From Eledone cirrhosa (lineage: Eukaryota): a stretch of DNA of 64,000 bases. The notes under the pieces were generated by a model. That model saw only the letters and a program-made list of their open reading frames with translations, did no database searches and was not told where the DNA came from. This document shows, in pieces, positions 26,985 to 41,193 of this stretch. The stretch lies in NCBI GenBank assembly GCA_964016885.1, contig OZ024742.1, forward strand, positions 249,240,001 to 249,304,000. The letters are read 5' to 3'. Each line of letters begins with the position of its first letter. The stretch's first letter is position 1. The translations under genes were made by a program, and so were the position numbers.

Positions 26985-27231
26985 ATTAAAGGTGGAAAAC
27001 TGAGAGAGGACACTTGCCCTGGTGGTCAGGGTCACTGTGGCTTTTTAATGGGCTTTCTCCACGAATGTCCCTCCGAAGTCTCCCCCCTATTGGGGAATTT
27101 TTCATTGTTCTATTATTACATCCTCTGTTTCTTGTTTTTTACACGCAGACATGCCCATTGTACCGCCCTGCATTGTCCTGTACTGTCCTTAATGTCTACT
27201 TTATGTAAACCCTTGTGGTTAATAAAGAAAG

Positions 27232-27314
<83 letters not shown>

Positions 27315-28539
27315 GGTTATAGAATGTGAGAAACGTTAAAATGTAATTTACTTAACCACTGTATTCAAATATCACCAGTTTTGATTTTGTATTTCATGGC
27401 CTGCTACCTCTGTAATCGATAAATTCACTCTACGTCAAGTATTAAGATCTATTACTGATTAGAATCCTACTCGACTCTTACCCACAGAAGCTGCATCCTT
27501 CTACTAAAATTAGAAATGACAGAATCATCATTATTTTCCCATCAGAATCCTCATCGTTATCTCTGCAATAACAGCTCAGTCTATGCAGAACAATTAAGTA
27601 TCAACTGCTGCTCAAACCACACAGAAAATAGCAAATAAAATGAAATAATTATAAAGAAATAAAATAATATAAAATACAAAACTTACATTTAAAAATACCG
27701 AAAGTGAAATAGCATTAAATACAAAAACAAAAATCTTTATTTGAAGAATTGCTTTTGACATAGTTTAGTATATAAGTGAAATTTAGCTTCAAATTCAGTG
27801 CAAAGTAATAGATCTTGTCACCTCTATTTGTGTAAAATAACACGACTCGCTCATAAGTAACGTATAGACGAAGCAATTGCTAAAAAATATATTTGGAAAT
27901 TAATGAAGAAATTCCTCGAAAAACTTTTCTGTATTTTCATATCAAATTTCAAAAGATGTAGTTTTATTTCTTCATTTCTTTCTTTTTGTATTTCTTATTT
28001 TTGTTCTCTGTCTGTGAGTCCGGCCTCTCTTATTTATCTCCATCTTCTTCATAACTGGAATTTATTTATACACTAAGTTTTAGTTTCAATTTTTTTTTCT
28101 GCCCGTTGGATATTAGATACGTCAGTTTGTTAACATGGGTAAATAAATATTAAATTTACAAATAACATAGTTGAGTTGGTACACATGTACTTACTATAGA
28201 AAACCAATAGATTTTAATTAATCAAAAACTGTTTAAAAATTGTATAAGCTGTATGATTGGTGTGCTCAACTTCCCCCACCACCACTACATATCCACATTC
28301 TAATTTAAATTAATACATCTTTCAAAATATTTGGTTGTCTTAACTTGAATCATTCGGCTTTTTTTCTCCTCGTTACGGGTATAATAGGTGTAATTTTAAT
28401 TGCTTGAAATTTTCTGTTTCCCCAGTTACCGCATATTAGCAAAGCAATCTACACATTCAAAATACATTATTATAATTTATATGACTAAGTTGTAGCCCTC
28501 TGAACTCCACCCCATCCATAGGGTTGCATTATCAATATG

Positions 28540-28617
<78 letters not shown>

Positions 28618-28619
<2 letters not shown>

Positions 28620-30545
28620 CGGTTTTGAATTTGTATGGGCTTCGCAAAGACCATAAGGCAAATAGTGACCCAATCACAGGACCCCCAACACGACCAGTCT
28701 GTGGAGCTTACATTGCTAACAACTACAGACTCTCCTACTTCATCTTCCTGATCATACGGCCTATCGCCGAAATGACGGCAGTTTTATGCGACAGCATGGA
28801 GGACCTTCTCCTCAGAATCAACGTATACATCCTTTCTAGGGATCTATCAGGCTGTACAATAGGAAGAATGGATGTAATGTCCCTATACACATCCATCGAC
28901 GTTGATTTTTCTGTGGAAAAATGCATAGAAATTATCGGTGAGAGTGATGTGGAATTCCATGGGATTGATACCAGTAAGTTGGGACTCCTACTTAAACTAA
29001 CATGCAATAAGTAATTCTTAAACACGAATGACCACAGCAGCCTCTACTCAACAAGGACAGAAAGAGGCAGACCATTAAATTAAAGAAAACGATCGAACAT
29101 GCGATGGGGGCCAGTATAAAACTAACCCTTAAGGAACATGTGTGTGTTCAAACTTAATGGCAACACATATGCCCAAGAGGAGGGATAAACCATTGGTGTT
29201 AACATTTCAGGTGACATAGCTAACTTCTTTATGGTATGGTGCGACAGAAAATTTAAGGAACAATTAGACGAGAATTTTATAACTCTGACTATGTACTCCC
29301 GCTACTTAGTTGACATAAATATCGTAGTAAAACACACCCACAGGAGAACAGCCAGGAATTAGAGAACACCACTATGGAAAGCATCCAGCAAATAACTAAC
29401 TCCATCCACCAGAGTATTAAAGTTGCTATAGACTACCTAACTAAACACCCCAACCATAGATTACCCGTACTAGACACAGAATTCTAATAGTAATAGAACG
29501 CAAATCATCCATTCGCATTATGCCAAACCTATGACCTTCAAATACCTGATCCACCGAAACTCAGCTGTTTCGGATTATATACAAATCAACATTCTTACTG
29601 TCGGCTTAGTAAGAGTGATGATGAAAGTGTCCTGCATTAACAACCCTAAAGAATTAGAGAGACACATACAACACTTCATCCACCGCATGCAGTTCTCTGG
29701 GTACAATCAGTGAGACAAGATCAGGGTATATAAAGAAGCCAGAACCAAATGGGCAAAGATTGTAGAAAATGATGAAAATGGGACTTGTCCCGTGTATAAG
29801 AGCAAATTGTGGAATAGAATAGAAAGGATTAGGAATAAGGCAAGTAAATTCAACTCGTGGTATGATAGCAATAAATACCAGACTGTAATGTTCATCAATA
29901 CAACCCTCAGAGGTGAACTAGCTTATAGATTGTGAAGGGCCCTAGGCAAGCTAAAATTAAACATTAAGATAGTTGAAAGACCAGGTATTACCATAAAAAA
30001 TCTAATTAGTAAAACATACCCATTTCAAAGATCCCCCTGTACTAATAGAAAATGCATAATCTGCAAGTTGAGCCCGCAAACTACCTGAAAAACTAGGGAC
30101 GTAGTATATAGCAGAAGATGTACTGAGGGACAGTGTAGGAATAAGAACACAACATACATAGGTGAAACAGCCCGTAGTATAGTAGAAACGATAAGTGAAC
30201 AATGGCGAGAAAGCCAGCATGGAAGAAACTCATTAGCACTCCACCAACATGCCAAAATAGAATATAGGCGCACATTAGAGAACATAGAGGTAAAAATGAT
30301 ATCCACACACACAGAAAAGATGCTATGCTCAGACAAATCAGAGAGGCGACAAACATTTACGAACACCAACCAAAATTAGACAGAAAACATGAGTTGAATA
30401 GCAGCCTCACAACTAGTAATTAAGGACAAAATGAAGACATACAGACACACATAGAAATCAAACTAACAAAACAAATCAGACACACACAGACAGAACAAAC
30501 AACCAGCTAGTGACAAGTAAATAAACATAAATAAACAAACACACG
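28618..30545 (+). mobile_element. Decayed Penelope-like element (RT + GIY-YIG), 5'-truncated at (TA)n
   Basis: LYGLRKDHK..PPTRPVCG, MDVMSLYTSID, LPVLD, HYAKPM, VVYS..C..YIGETARS; collinear with 53725-55640. Confidence 0.9.
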
Positions 30546-31040
30546 CGCTTGTACATTCACCTCTAGATTCCTATGGCTTTCCTATGGTCAGAAGCATATA
30601 CTCTTACATCTGATACAGACCGACAAAATACGCCCACACACCTCTACGTTTTCCTTCACAGCTCTGTATACACACACAGACACACAAGCACACACACACT
30701 TATATTAACATACCTTTGCTCACAGCTTCGTACTTACAAGCACACACACACTCTTTTACTTACATATATACATACATACCCTCGTAGCTTCGTACAGACG
30801 TATAACAACACACGCGCGCACGCGCAAATACAGCTGCACACGTATAGCTCTATATACAAAATGGTTTCTTTTCCATTTCAGGTAGACGCGCTCCATCATC
30901 CACTTTAAAGTATATCATACAATAAACGCCAGCATCAGTAGTTTTCCAAAAGATGTCAACATGAATGGACCTGCTATTTTTCTCTAAGAACTCTGATTCC
31001 GCCCCGCCCGTCCCTTCAATCGTTCTAATTTCTCATTCTT

Positions 31041-31078
31041 TCTTCTGATGAAGGACTAACATCCGAAATGTTTAAGAG
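31041..31078 (+). ncRNA. Minimal hammerhead ribozyme
   Basis: tctt-CTGATGA-a gga ctaaca tcc-GAAA-tgtt-TA-aga(g): core intact, stems short. Confidence 0.6.
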
Positions 31079-31194
31079 CCTCTTCCTGTTATTTCAAGCG
31101 TTAACCTTAATATATTCCTTTCATATACAGTACCGATTGTGTTGTTATTTCTGTTTACCTTTTACATGTATATACGGAGAGGGGGGGTGCAGAA

Positions 31195-31291
<97 letters not shown>

Positions 31292-31452
31292 GTAGTGCTG
31301 GAACTAGGGAGACCACTAATCATGAAAGTACTCATGCAGAGGAGGTATAGAAGACAAATGTTGAAACGACTTCGCGCCGCGGTCGGGATTTTACCTATCT
31401 ATCTATCTAAATCTAAATCTACATCTATACATGTATCTCCTCTCTCTCTATG

Positions 31453-31534
<82 letters not shown>

Positions 31535-31535
<1 letters not shown>

Positions 31536-32740
31536 CTAGGTCGGGTAAAATTCCCGAGATCCATGGACCACTTCTCCCCAGCGGTCTCTGTCCCTCATTA
31601 TCGCTGCCATGTCCTGCGTCTCCAACAGACCAGTGTATGTCATTAGGGCATCAACATACGTTAACCTTGGTCTTCCTCTTCCAGTGTGTCCATGTAGGGG
31701 GCTCCCACAGGAGCACTGAGTGCAATGTCAACTCTTGATGTCGGTGAACATGTCCAGCTAACCTCAGTCTCCTCTGTGTCACTTTTGAGCTGACTTTTGG
31801 GAGGCTCCTATACAGCTCTGAGTTTTTCATCCTCAGTGTATACTGATTAATGTTCAGAGCCATCCTTAGCATTCTCGTGTAGCACCCATCCACCATCTGA
31901 GCGAGTTTCTTGGTCAGTGTCCAAGTCTCAGACTCCACTACAGCAATGAAGAGGCGGATTTGCAGCGATCTCAAGCTGTGGCACGCCGCCCAGGCTTTGC
32001 TCTTCCTCTCAACCACATCATCTTCCGTATTCCCAATCTTTGCTCCCAAATACAGGAAGTCCTCAACCAATTCTAGCGGCTTCCCGCCTACATTAGTGAT
32101 CCCCTCTAGCTTCTCAACATTCTCTATCAGATATTTTGTTTTAGTCTCATTCATTCTCAGCCCCACACTCATCTACACAGTCTCAACCTCCTGCATCAAA
32201 TCCTCTGCCTCCTTCACTGTATTTGTCACCAAAACTATGTCGTTGGCAAATTCAGCATCCAATATCGTTTTCGCCTTAACTCTCCTGCTCTGAGCCGGTG
32301 CTACAGTAGACCTGGTTTTTCTCGAGTGCAAGGCGCATACAATAGTCCACTATGATGATAAAAAGGTAGGTTGCCAATGTATCTCCCTGGAGCACTTCAG
32401 CCAGTATCCCAAAGAACTCTGTCATCCCATCAGGTGTAATGACTTGGGCTTTGGTGTTGGTGTAGAGCAGTGATATCAGGTCCCATATCTTCTTCGGGAT
32501 TCCATAAGCCTATAAGATCTTCATCAGGCAGTGACAGTCCACAGAATCAAAGACCTTCCTAAAGTCAATGAAAACAATGACCGCATGAAAGCACTTTGCT
32601 CTAGCTCCCTCTAATATCCTCCTCAGTATCAGGATGTGACTGGTGGTTGATCTTCCCACTCTGAAGCCGTTCTGGTTGTCCCTGAGCTTCTTCTCCATCT
32701 AAGGCTGGATCCTGTTAAGAATCACCCTGTTAAGAATCAT
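31535..32740 (-). mobile_element. 5'-truncated RTE-clade LINE (RT and C-terminus)
   Basis: [49 protein letters not shown]; near-identical to 60630-61497. Confidence 0.9.
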
Positions 32741-33100
32741 CATATATATATATATATATATATACATACATACATGTTTGAGTGCGTGTGCATGTCTCTG
32801 TGTGCAGGTATGTATGTATATATGTATCTATTTATGTAAGCATGTATGTGTGTATGTAGCATTGAAAGTCGCTAAAATGAACACTCTATGCCAGAGGTTA
32901 ATAGTTTTATAAAGGTCGTGTAAGTGTTGTGTTATTCTAGCTCATTAGAACGACCTGACTGTATACACATACACACACACATATGCACACAGACACACAC
33001 ACACACACACTCTCTCTCTATCTCTCTCTTTCACACGCACACACACACTCTCTCACTCTCTCTTTCACACAAACATATTATATATATATATATATATACT

Positions 33101-33136
<36 letters not shown>

Positions 33137-33154
33137 TATATATATATACATATA

Positions 33155-33296
<142 letters not shown>

Positions 33297-33789
33297 TACG
33301 CATATATACACATATATATATATCTATATACAATGTGTGTGTGTGTGTGTGTGTGTGGGTGTTTGTGTTTGTGTTTGTGTAAATAATCACCACAATACCA
33401 AGACACTGGCGAGTAGAAGATAGCTTAGAGTATATTATATACCTGGGTGTGTTTATTGGCTAAAGGTGAAAGATAAGTAAAGATGTGGTGTGAGGGTTAG
33501 CTGGTAGGAAGTGAATATAATAAACATACCTAAAGAGGATTAAATGGAGAGAGAGAGGGGTGGGGGAGACAGTAGCAAAGTGACGACAAAACGATGATAG
33601 CGTGATGACAACGTGATGACATCCAGCGAAGGCGATACAATGTATCATATGACCAAATGGATGAGGCAGACGAAACATCATGTCAATAATGTATAAGTCA
33701 AGAAAAAATAAGGATATTATGTTTGTCTGTTAGCCAGGATTATAAAAGATATAATTGCTATTGTGTTCATGTTGTTATTTCTATTCTGT

Positions 33790-33985
33790 GGGCGGTGGAT
33801 TGGTAGTATCGGAAGAGCGTCAGACATCATGCTTTGCAGCATAGAGTTATGACCCTTTACATTCTGAGTTCAAATCCTGCCAAGGTTAACTTTGCCTTTC
33901 ATCCTTACGATGTCGATAAAATAAAGTACCTGTAATGCATTGGGATAATTGCTGGCCTTGTTCCATGAGTAGAAACAATTATTTG
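33790..33985 (+). mobile_element. tRNA-derived SINE
   Basis: Same head, core and tail as the 21097 copy. Confidence 0.85.
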
Positions 33986-34739
33986 TATTCTGTTGCGAAC
34001 TACGATGCAAGTCTTCTAATTTTTTTTCTATCAAATGTGGAGTATTAAGTGTTTTGTTCATGCAATACCATGAACCAATGCAGCTAACGGATATTGTCAT
34101 ACGTGGACGGCTCTCAAACAAAAGAGTTAGAGAATAACCATAAATAGAGAAGCGATAGTCAAGTATGTCTGACAATTATTAGATATAAAGAAGGAAAATA
34201 AAAGCTAAATTGTAAATGACAGTATCGCTTTTCTCAGCACAACCACAAGGATATGGTCCCAACGTAGAAGAGCCGAACTATCACTGTCATTACCTCCATC
34301 TCTCTCGCCCTCGCCATCTCTTTGTATGGTGAGCAAATGGGATCCCACGTGCTGGCCTCCTCACAGCCCCGGTGGACAGAATGGAGAAGGTGTTTCCCTT
34401 CCCCGGAGGATGGTAGGGAGATGCACTGCAAGAGCCACTAGCATCAAATGATAAGCTGGGTAAGTGAGAGTGGTTGTGATACATTCTACTGTAGAATTAC
34501 AGTACAAGGAACATGGGCTGATGAGCTGGGAGTAGAGAAGAGGGTAATGTCGTCTTTTTCTGTAGAGTTACACCGTCCTCAGCTTATGGAGTTTGATATT
34601 TTTAAACTAATGGTAATTGCTCGATATATCATTTTTATTATAATTTCATGTCCGATTTCCATGCGGAAATCGGGTGGACGGGTTGACGTGGTTTAAAAAA
34701 AAAAGATGTGTTAGAAACACACACACACACGTATGTATG

Positions 34740-34786
<47 letters not shown>

Positions 34787-34859
34787 TGCTTCTGAGGCTG
34801 GATGCTTTTCTTAACGTACTGCACTCTGGGGGAAACGCGTATTGTATTATAGCCATGAA

Positions 34860-35147
34860 TCAACCAAAGTGTTGTGAATAAAATTCGTTATACGAAAATT
34901 GTTTGGAAGCCGGTCGTGTGAACCGTCCATTTTCAGGTTGTATAGCTAATGCGTTGCCCAATATAATACCACCATCTGACCTTGGGATTGGTATTCTGAG
35001 GTTAACAGGCTCTGACCCTTCAAGCAGACAAGGCGGGCCTGAAAAAGATGAAGTGTTTGTATTCGCTACTTTTCTTTTGCCTTTGAATAAATGATAACAG
35101 GCTACTATTGATCCAATAAATACGATGTTATACTTCAGATTTGCTAC
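34860..35147 (-). other. Possible host terminal exon (hydrophobic segment + cytoplasmic-like tail), unassigned
   Basis: Stop-free frame ...IVFIGSIVACYHLFKGKRK...GPPCLLEG...QFSYNEFYSQHFG*; pyrimidine-rich AG acceptor at 35039-35040; non-repetitive sequence. Confidence 0.3.
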
Positions 35148-35923
35148 TTAACCGTTGCACCAGATTCTCTGGCGCATCTGTTCAAATCCTTAATACACCG
35201 AATCAGATTTTATGATCTTAGATGATAAGACTAAAAGAATGGCAAACAAAAAAAGAAGAGGGGGAAAACGAGAGAAAACACGAAAGCCAGAGTAAAAACC
35301 TATCCTGACATAAATATGAAAACATAGCAGGAACAAATTGTGCCAAACATTAAATCTGATGTGCTAAGATTGCTGCGAAGAAACAGGAAACCTAATTCAC
35401 AGCAAAACTTGAAATTTGTCCAAATTCTACGAAGTAATGTTTTAGTACTGACAATAAAATGCTAGATAGCAGAAAGGAAATACCCTACCATCTATAAAAA
35501 TAAAACACATGTAACTAACCAAAAAAAAAATAATAAATATATATATATATTTATAACCTTCTCATTTTTTTACAAGATATAACAAAAAATATCATCTGCT
35601 CTAATTTCAGTCATCTTAATTTCCTGTGATAAGCACAATTTTAGGAAAAAAATTCACTTATAAGTACCTTTAAATCAGAAAATGTTTGAGGAATTATATA
35701 TGCCTTACGCCATTTGATTTCAATATAATCCGTAGATAACTTTACTCTTCCAAATAAATACTTGTAAATAACTGGTTAATGCCACTAATTTGGGGAAGCC
35801 TCAAATATTAGATCATGGTTTCTGCACTTTTCTGCTGAACACAAAGTCACCCCCACTTCCCCCTCTCTCTTTCTCATAATCACATACCTAGTTCTGAACT
35901 GAATCTTTCTGAGAAAAATTTCG

Positions 35924-35960
<37 letters not shown>

Positions 35961-36459
35961 TCACCCACCCATGCATACTCACACACACATACACACACAC
36001 ATACACACACACATACACACACACTCACACACAAACATACATACACACACACACACACATATACATATGTATATAACACTGATTGAAATATTATGTAGGC
36101 AATTTCTGCTTTCACACTAACGCGGGATCTTCTGAAACTGAAATATAGATGCTTGCACGCAGAAGTAAATATTTCAAAAGAATTACGGCCAAATATTGCC
36201 TTTGGAAAATTGAAAGCGGTAACGGTAACGCGCGAAGAGGTTCTTTTGAGATACTGTGAAATGTATACAAAGAAAATTACATAATTAAATGAAGCGGGGA
36301 AAAAACCCTTGCTATGAACAGATAAGAAGCCTAATTTTCTTTTTAGAATAAGCGAATATTTTTAAGCTACCATAAGTGGACAATGATATTAATAGAAGTA
36401 ATATGACTAAACAAAAATATACTGAAGATATTAATAATAATAGAAATAAGACGTTTCAC

Positions 36460-37950
36460 TAACCGCATTTCCCGCCTGGTAGAGGCCAGCAGTCATCGCC
36501 TGGCAACATTGCAGATACCAGGCGACCAGTCTCGGTATATTCTTGATCCAGGACTGCAGCTCAGTAAAAGAGACGAGCTACGGAAAAGTCCGTCTCACAA
36601 GCGGCGACCACACCTTTTCACCGTCAAGGCAGAAAATCTGGTTATGACGCAGCCTCAGCGTATTTTGCGCATCATTAGGCATGTCATGCCCAGGCCTCCA
36701 CATAGAGGGTACCGGCAGCAGATGGACCGCCTCACTAATGGAACATGTCCTCTCCACAGGAGGTTGAGGAACTGCTCCAATTTAACGAGGCATGAACGGG
36801 GACAAGGCACGATGGTCAGGCGGTAGTGAATGACACAGGCGATTACGCGTGTGCCACCTACACTCAACCTTTCAAGGACAGCTTCCTCCCGACCAATTTC
36901 TGGGTGAGTGTGGTTACCCTGATTGTCACCTGGTCCCAATTCATATCTACCCAGATAACGCCGAGCAACTTTATAGGTCCGTCCGTCAAGCTTTCTTCGA
37001 CGTTGTTGGACGGCAGGAACTTGCCTCTCCAGGTGCCGAGGTGAAATCCCATCGACCTTTCTGGGTTTAGTTTCGCCTTCGTCAACTTTTCCTATTCCTA
37101 CAACCTCGATTTCAGAGGTTCGACACCATCACAGTGATGTAATCTGCGTATGCCGACACAGCCCTTCCGCGTCCTGGTTCGAGTGGGATGCTATGCCACA
37201 GCTCTGGGTTCCACAGTAAAGGCTCCAGAGTCAATACGTACGGAAGCGAGGAAAGAGGTCACACTTGACGGACCGATCGGTAGATCTGAAACGATTCCGA
37301 AAGATGACCATTAACTTTGACTACCGAACAATTGCCGCTGTACATTGCAGCGATCCGGTATCTGAAGACGGAACCGAAAGCAGCTGCCTTGAGGACAGCC
37401 TCCAATTATCGATGGTCAACTCTGTCAAAAGCTTTCGATTGATCTAAATTGATCAGAGCTCCACCGAAGCCACGTTTACATCCTACTCTCTCTACGATGT
37501 ATCGCATGAGGTGGAGGTTGTCGTGTATGGACCTGGTTTGGATTGCGCAATTTGCGCCTCCCCTACGAAATCTTCGACGACAAGCGCCAACCTATTCGCT
37601 AACACCGTAGCCAAAATCTTAAAATCTGTGTTATGGGCCTGAAATTATCTAACGTATCCCTCTTTTTCTCGTCTTTTTTTATCAGTGTCACTAAGCCCCT
37701 GCTCACAGAACTGGGAATACTCACGTTCTATTGCCAGTTGCAGTAGAGCGCTTTGAGGAGATGAGAGAACAATTCTGGCATGTATACGTAAAGCTCGTAG
37801 GGCAGACCATCCAAACCGGGTGACTTGCACTTTACGCATCCGACTAGGGCATCCCGAAATCCGACCGAAGTCATCGAACTTTCGCAACACCCATCATCGG
37901 CCGTCGAGAGGCGCGGCAGGGCGACGAGGTGGCGACTAAGGTCCGACACT
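36460..37950 (-). pseudogene. Heavily decayed Tx1 ORF2 fragment
   Basis: KSPGLDGLPYELY, HLGTWRG, RKLSLKG, PLVRRSICC..PL.GGLGM in broken frames. Confidence 0.9.
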
Positions 37951-39050
37951 GTCTTCTTCCTATCTCCCTTTTTTTAATTAACCTATTTCCGGTTCCTTTC
38001 TACAGGAATAGGCTGAAAAATTTGGTCCACCAGGCCAAAGAAATGTACGTTCCTGATATGGCTCTAGTAACTGACCTACATATTATGTATGTATATATAG
38101 GCCAGTTGCTACAACGCAGCAATATCAGGAATATATATATATAGTCAATCACACACACGCAGGCAAATATACATACAGATATGTATGTGTGTGTGAGTCT
38201 GTGTCTGTGTGTGTTCGCGCGTGTGCGTGTACATTGTTTATTATGTACAAGATAGAAAGTACTCAGGAAAATTTAAAATATAATTATATTTATTCGGCCG
38301 TTGCATTCTGTCGTTAACCTAAGGTTTATGAATAATCATGATCATATTGACCTGGTTAGTCAATCAAACCAGTCTGTATATTGATTACCGTGAAAATTAA
38401 ACGAATAGCAGAGGCATCACTGCGAAAATAGTGTCCGTGGTTAAAACGGCGTGTACTCAACCGTCAAACAGAAAAATAACTATCAAAAGTGTTTAGTTTC
38501 GATTTTCATTACATGTATAATCAAGATCTGCTAACTTGGCTTCTGCAAGAAAGTAGATTATATTCGTATAAAGGAGGTCATTTTTATCCTTTATTAGACA
38601 CCATTTCCAACGTACATATATAACACAATATTTTTCACACACACTATGTTAAGGTTAGTCATTCGTGTCTCGACAACATCGATAATTTGATAAGAAAAAA
38701 AGCTTATAACTATGCAATTTCTATACAGGTGATTCTATTTTTTCAAAACAGTGTTTGGCAGGCAGACACTCGCTCGCTCTGATTGTCAACAATTTCAAAT
38801 GAAGGATGTTTCATTCAGCATACCCGCTCCATTAAATCTAAAGGATAGAGAAAACTCTCTTCTTTAAAATAAATGACCCTCAGTTGTATGCATTTTATTT
38901 TATAACATGTAATGTTGTAGTGATGTTTTCTAGTCAAGTGTAACGAAATTTAATATTATGCACATTAAAAATCTCATGAGGTATGTATACATTTATTGTA
39001 AACATAAACATATCTTTTCTCTACATCTCCCTCTCCCTGTCTCCCTTTCT

Positions 39051-39095
<45 letters not shown>

Positions 39096-39099
39096 CTCT

Positions 39100-39145
<46 letters not shown>

Positions 39146-39329
39146 ATACTTGGGGAGGGTCATATTTGCGTAATATTGCCAGAATTAATAACAGAACACA
39201 CTCACTGTTTGGTTGGTTTTCGCTTCTCGCTGTCTTTTATATCTGCGATCTAACTTACTCGGTCCTCAATGTTGCCATTGACTGACCGACGGTCAAAAAT
39301 AATACAGATACAATGTAGACACAAACACA

Positions 39330-39778
39330 TATATATAGTTTACATAATTTACATAAATCTTTCGTTGCACATCTGCAACATCGTCAGTGGTCTTATATTC
39401 TTTGTTCCTCCTGTTGTGTTGTATGTCTACGCCATTTTTTTTTATTCAGTCTGTCTATATATTTATTTATTTATTTGCTTGTTTGTTTATCTTATTTTAT
39501 TTTGTCTTCTTTGCGCATGCGTTTGCGTGTGTGCATAGTGTTATGTGTGCTGTGTGACTAGTGTGTATAGTGTTGTGTCTGCTGGGTGACTAGTGTGTGT
39601 TTATGTGCTTGTGTATGTATTTATTTATCTTATTTTATTTTATTTTATTTTATTTACTTATTTATACTTCTCTTAGGTCAGGGTTGTTTGTTTGGGTGTT
39701 GTTGTTGTTCCACTCATTCTTTCTGTTTAGCTTTGGTCTTCTAATTTCTATTTCACTGGCCTCTCTGATTCATCGCCG

Positions 39779-39780
<2 letters not shown>
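39330..39780 (-). mobile_element. Penelope-like 3' end / pLTR
   Basis: The minus strand reads ..[23 protein letters not shown], similar to the GIY-YIG C-terminus at 55480-55560, followed by an AC-rich UTR and a hammerhead. Confidence 0.75.
39350..39391 (-). ncRNA. Minimal hammerhead (core intact, stem I eroded)
   Basis: Reverse complement: acca-CTGACGA-t gttgca gatg tgcaac-GAAA-gatt-TA-tgt. Confidence 0.6.
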
Positions 39781-39854
<74 letters not shown>

Positions 39855-39877
39855 GTATGTGTCTATGTATGTATATG

Positions 39878-39942
<65 letters not shown>

Positions 39943-40423
39943 GAGTGTGTGTGTGTGTGTGTGCGCGTGAGTGTGCGTGAGTGTGTATGCGTGTGTGTGT
40001 GTGCATGTGTGTGTATATACATAAATGTATATATACTTTAAAAAATCAACAAGGAGAGGAATAGACAATGAATGAAAAAGCCACCGATCGTGAACCGAAT
40101 ACCTTAACCACAAAGCCACGTGGTGGCCTAGTTAAAGGTATTAGAGACGGTGGAGATCATGGTCTGGTATTAACTCCTGGTCAGAAGATACATGTAAGTT
40201 GTCCTATTAATATATATATATATATATATATATAGGAACGAGTAGGACCCCGACGGCTGAGCTCAAGCCGTTTCGACGGCTAATTCTGGACAGAATTAGC
40301 CGTCGAAACGGCTTGAGCTCAGCCGTCGGGGTCCTACTCGTTCCTATTACCCACTCTACTACCCTAAGTATTGAGTACTTTGGTGCGTTATGGTCCACCT
40401 GGTTCCTTACCACATTTCCTTCG

Positions 40424-40463
<40 letters not shown>

Positions 40464-40521
40464 TTTATATCAGTTATAAAAATATGTGCTTGTTGTATCC
40501 CAACAATTTAAATAGAACTTT

Positions 40522-40600
<79 letters not shown>

Positions 40601-40607
40601 TTCAAAC

Positions 40608-40646
<39 letters not shown>

Positions 40647-40776
40647 TAAAAGTTCTATTTAAATTGTTGGGATACAACAAGCAAATATTTTTATAACTGT
40701 TATAAAGCACTCAACAAATAATTGGACTAAAAATACGATATTAACAAATGGAAACCATATTTATAAAACCATATTT

Positions 40777-40839
40777 ATTTCATTATACATATTTCAAGGA
40801 CACCAAGTTAAATTATGGTGTGCTTTCATCAGATAAAAT
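40777..40839 (-). ncRNA. Type-I hammerhead, copy 1 of 4
   Basis: Reverse complement of 41131-41193. Confidence 0.75.
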
Positions 40840-41130
40840 ATAATATAGAGCAGTTTTATAAATAAATATTGACATACACTTAAAGAATGCAACCATTACT
40901 GTTGGAAGCTCCCGGATAGTGGAGTTATATCTTTAATTATACTATTAGGTAAGTTAGTATTGGATATTTTTAAATGACCGTAAGACAACGGCTTATTTAA
41001 AAATAACCAATACTAACTTACCTAATAGTATAATTAAAGATATAACTCCACTATCCGGGAGCTTCCAACAGTAATGGTTGCATTCTTTAAGGGTATGTCA
41101 ATATTTATTTATAAAACTGCTCTATATTAT

Positions 41131-41193
41131 ATTTTATCTGATGAAAGCACACCATAATTTAACTTGGTGTCCTTGAAATATGTATAATGAAAT
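41131..41193 (+). ncRNA. Type-I hammerhead, copy 2 of 4
   Basis: attttat-CTGATGA-aagcacacca(taatttaact)tggtgtcctt-GAAA-tatgta-TA-atgaaat: stems I and II pair; stem III is quasi-palindromic. Confidence 0.75.

Larger units (their letters stand above)
21633..27232 (+). mobile_element. Near full-length decayed Tx1-clade LINE (ORF1+ORF2) with (ATT)n tail
   Basis: ORF1-like region with a CCHC knuckle; ORF2 with APE, RT and zf; AATAAA at 27221, then a long (ATT)n to ~27311. Confidence 0.92.

Noticed and set aside
33655-33690. ggatgaggcagacgaaacatcatgtc as a hammerhead
   Set aside because: The core lacks CUG and stems I and II do not pair convincingly.
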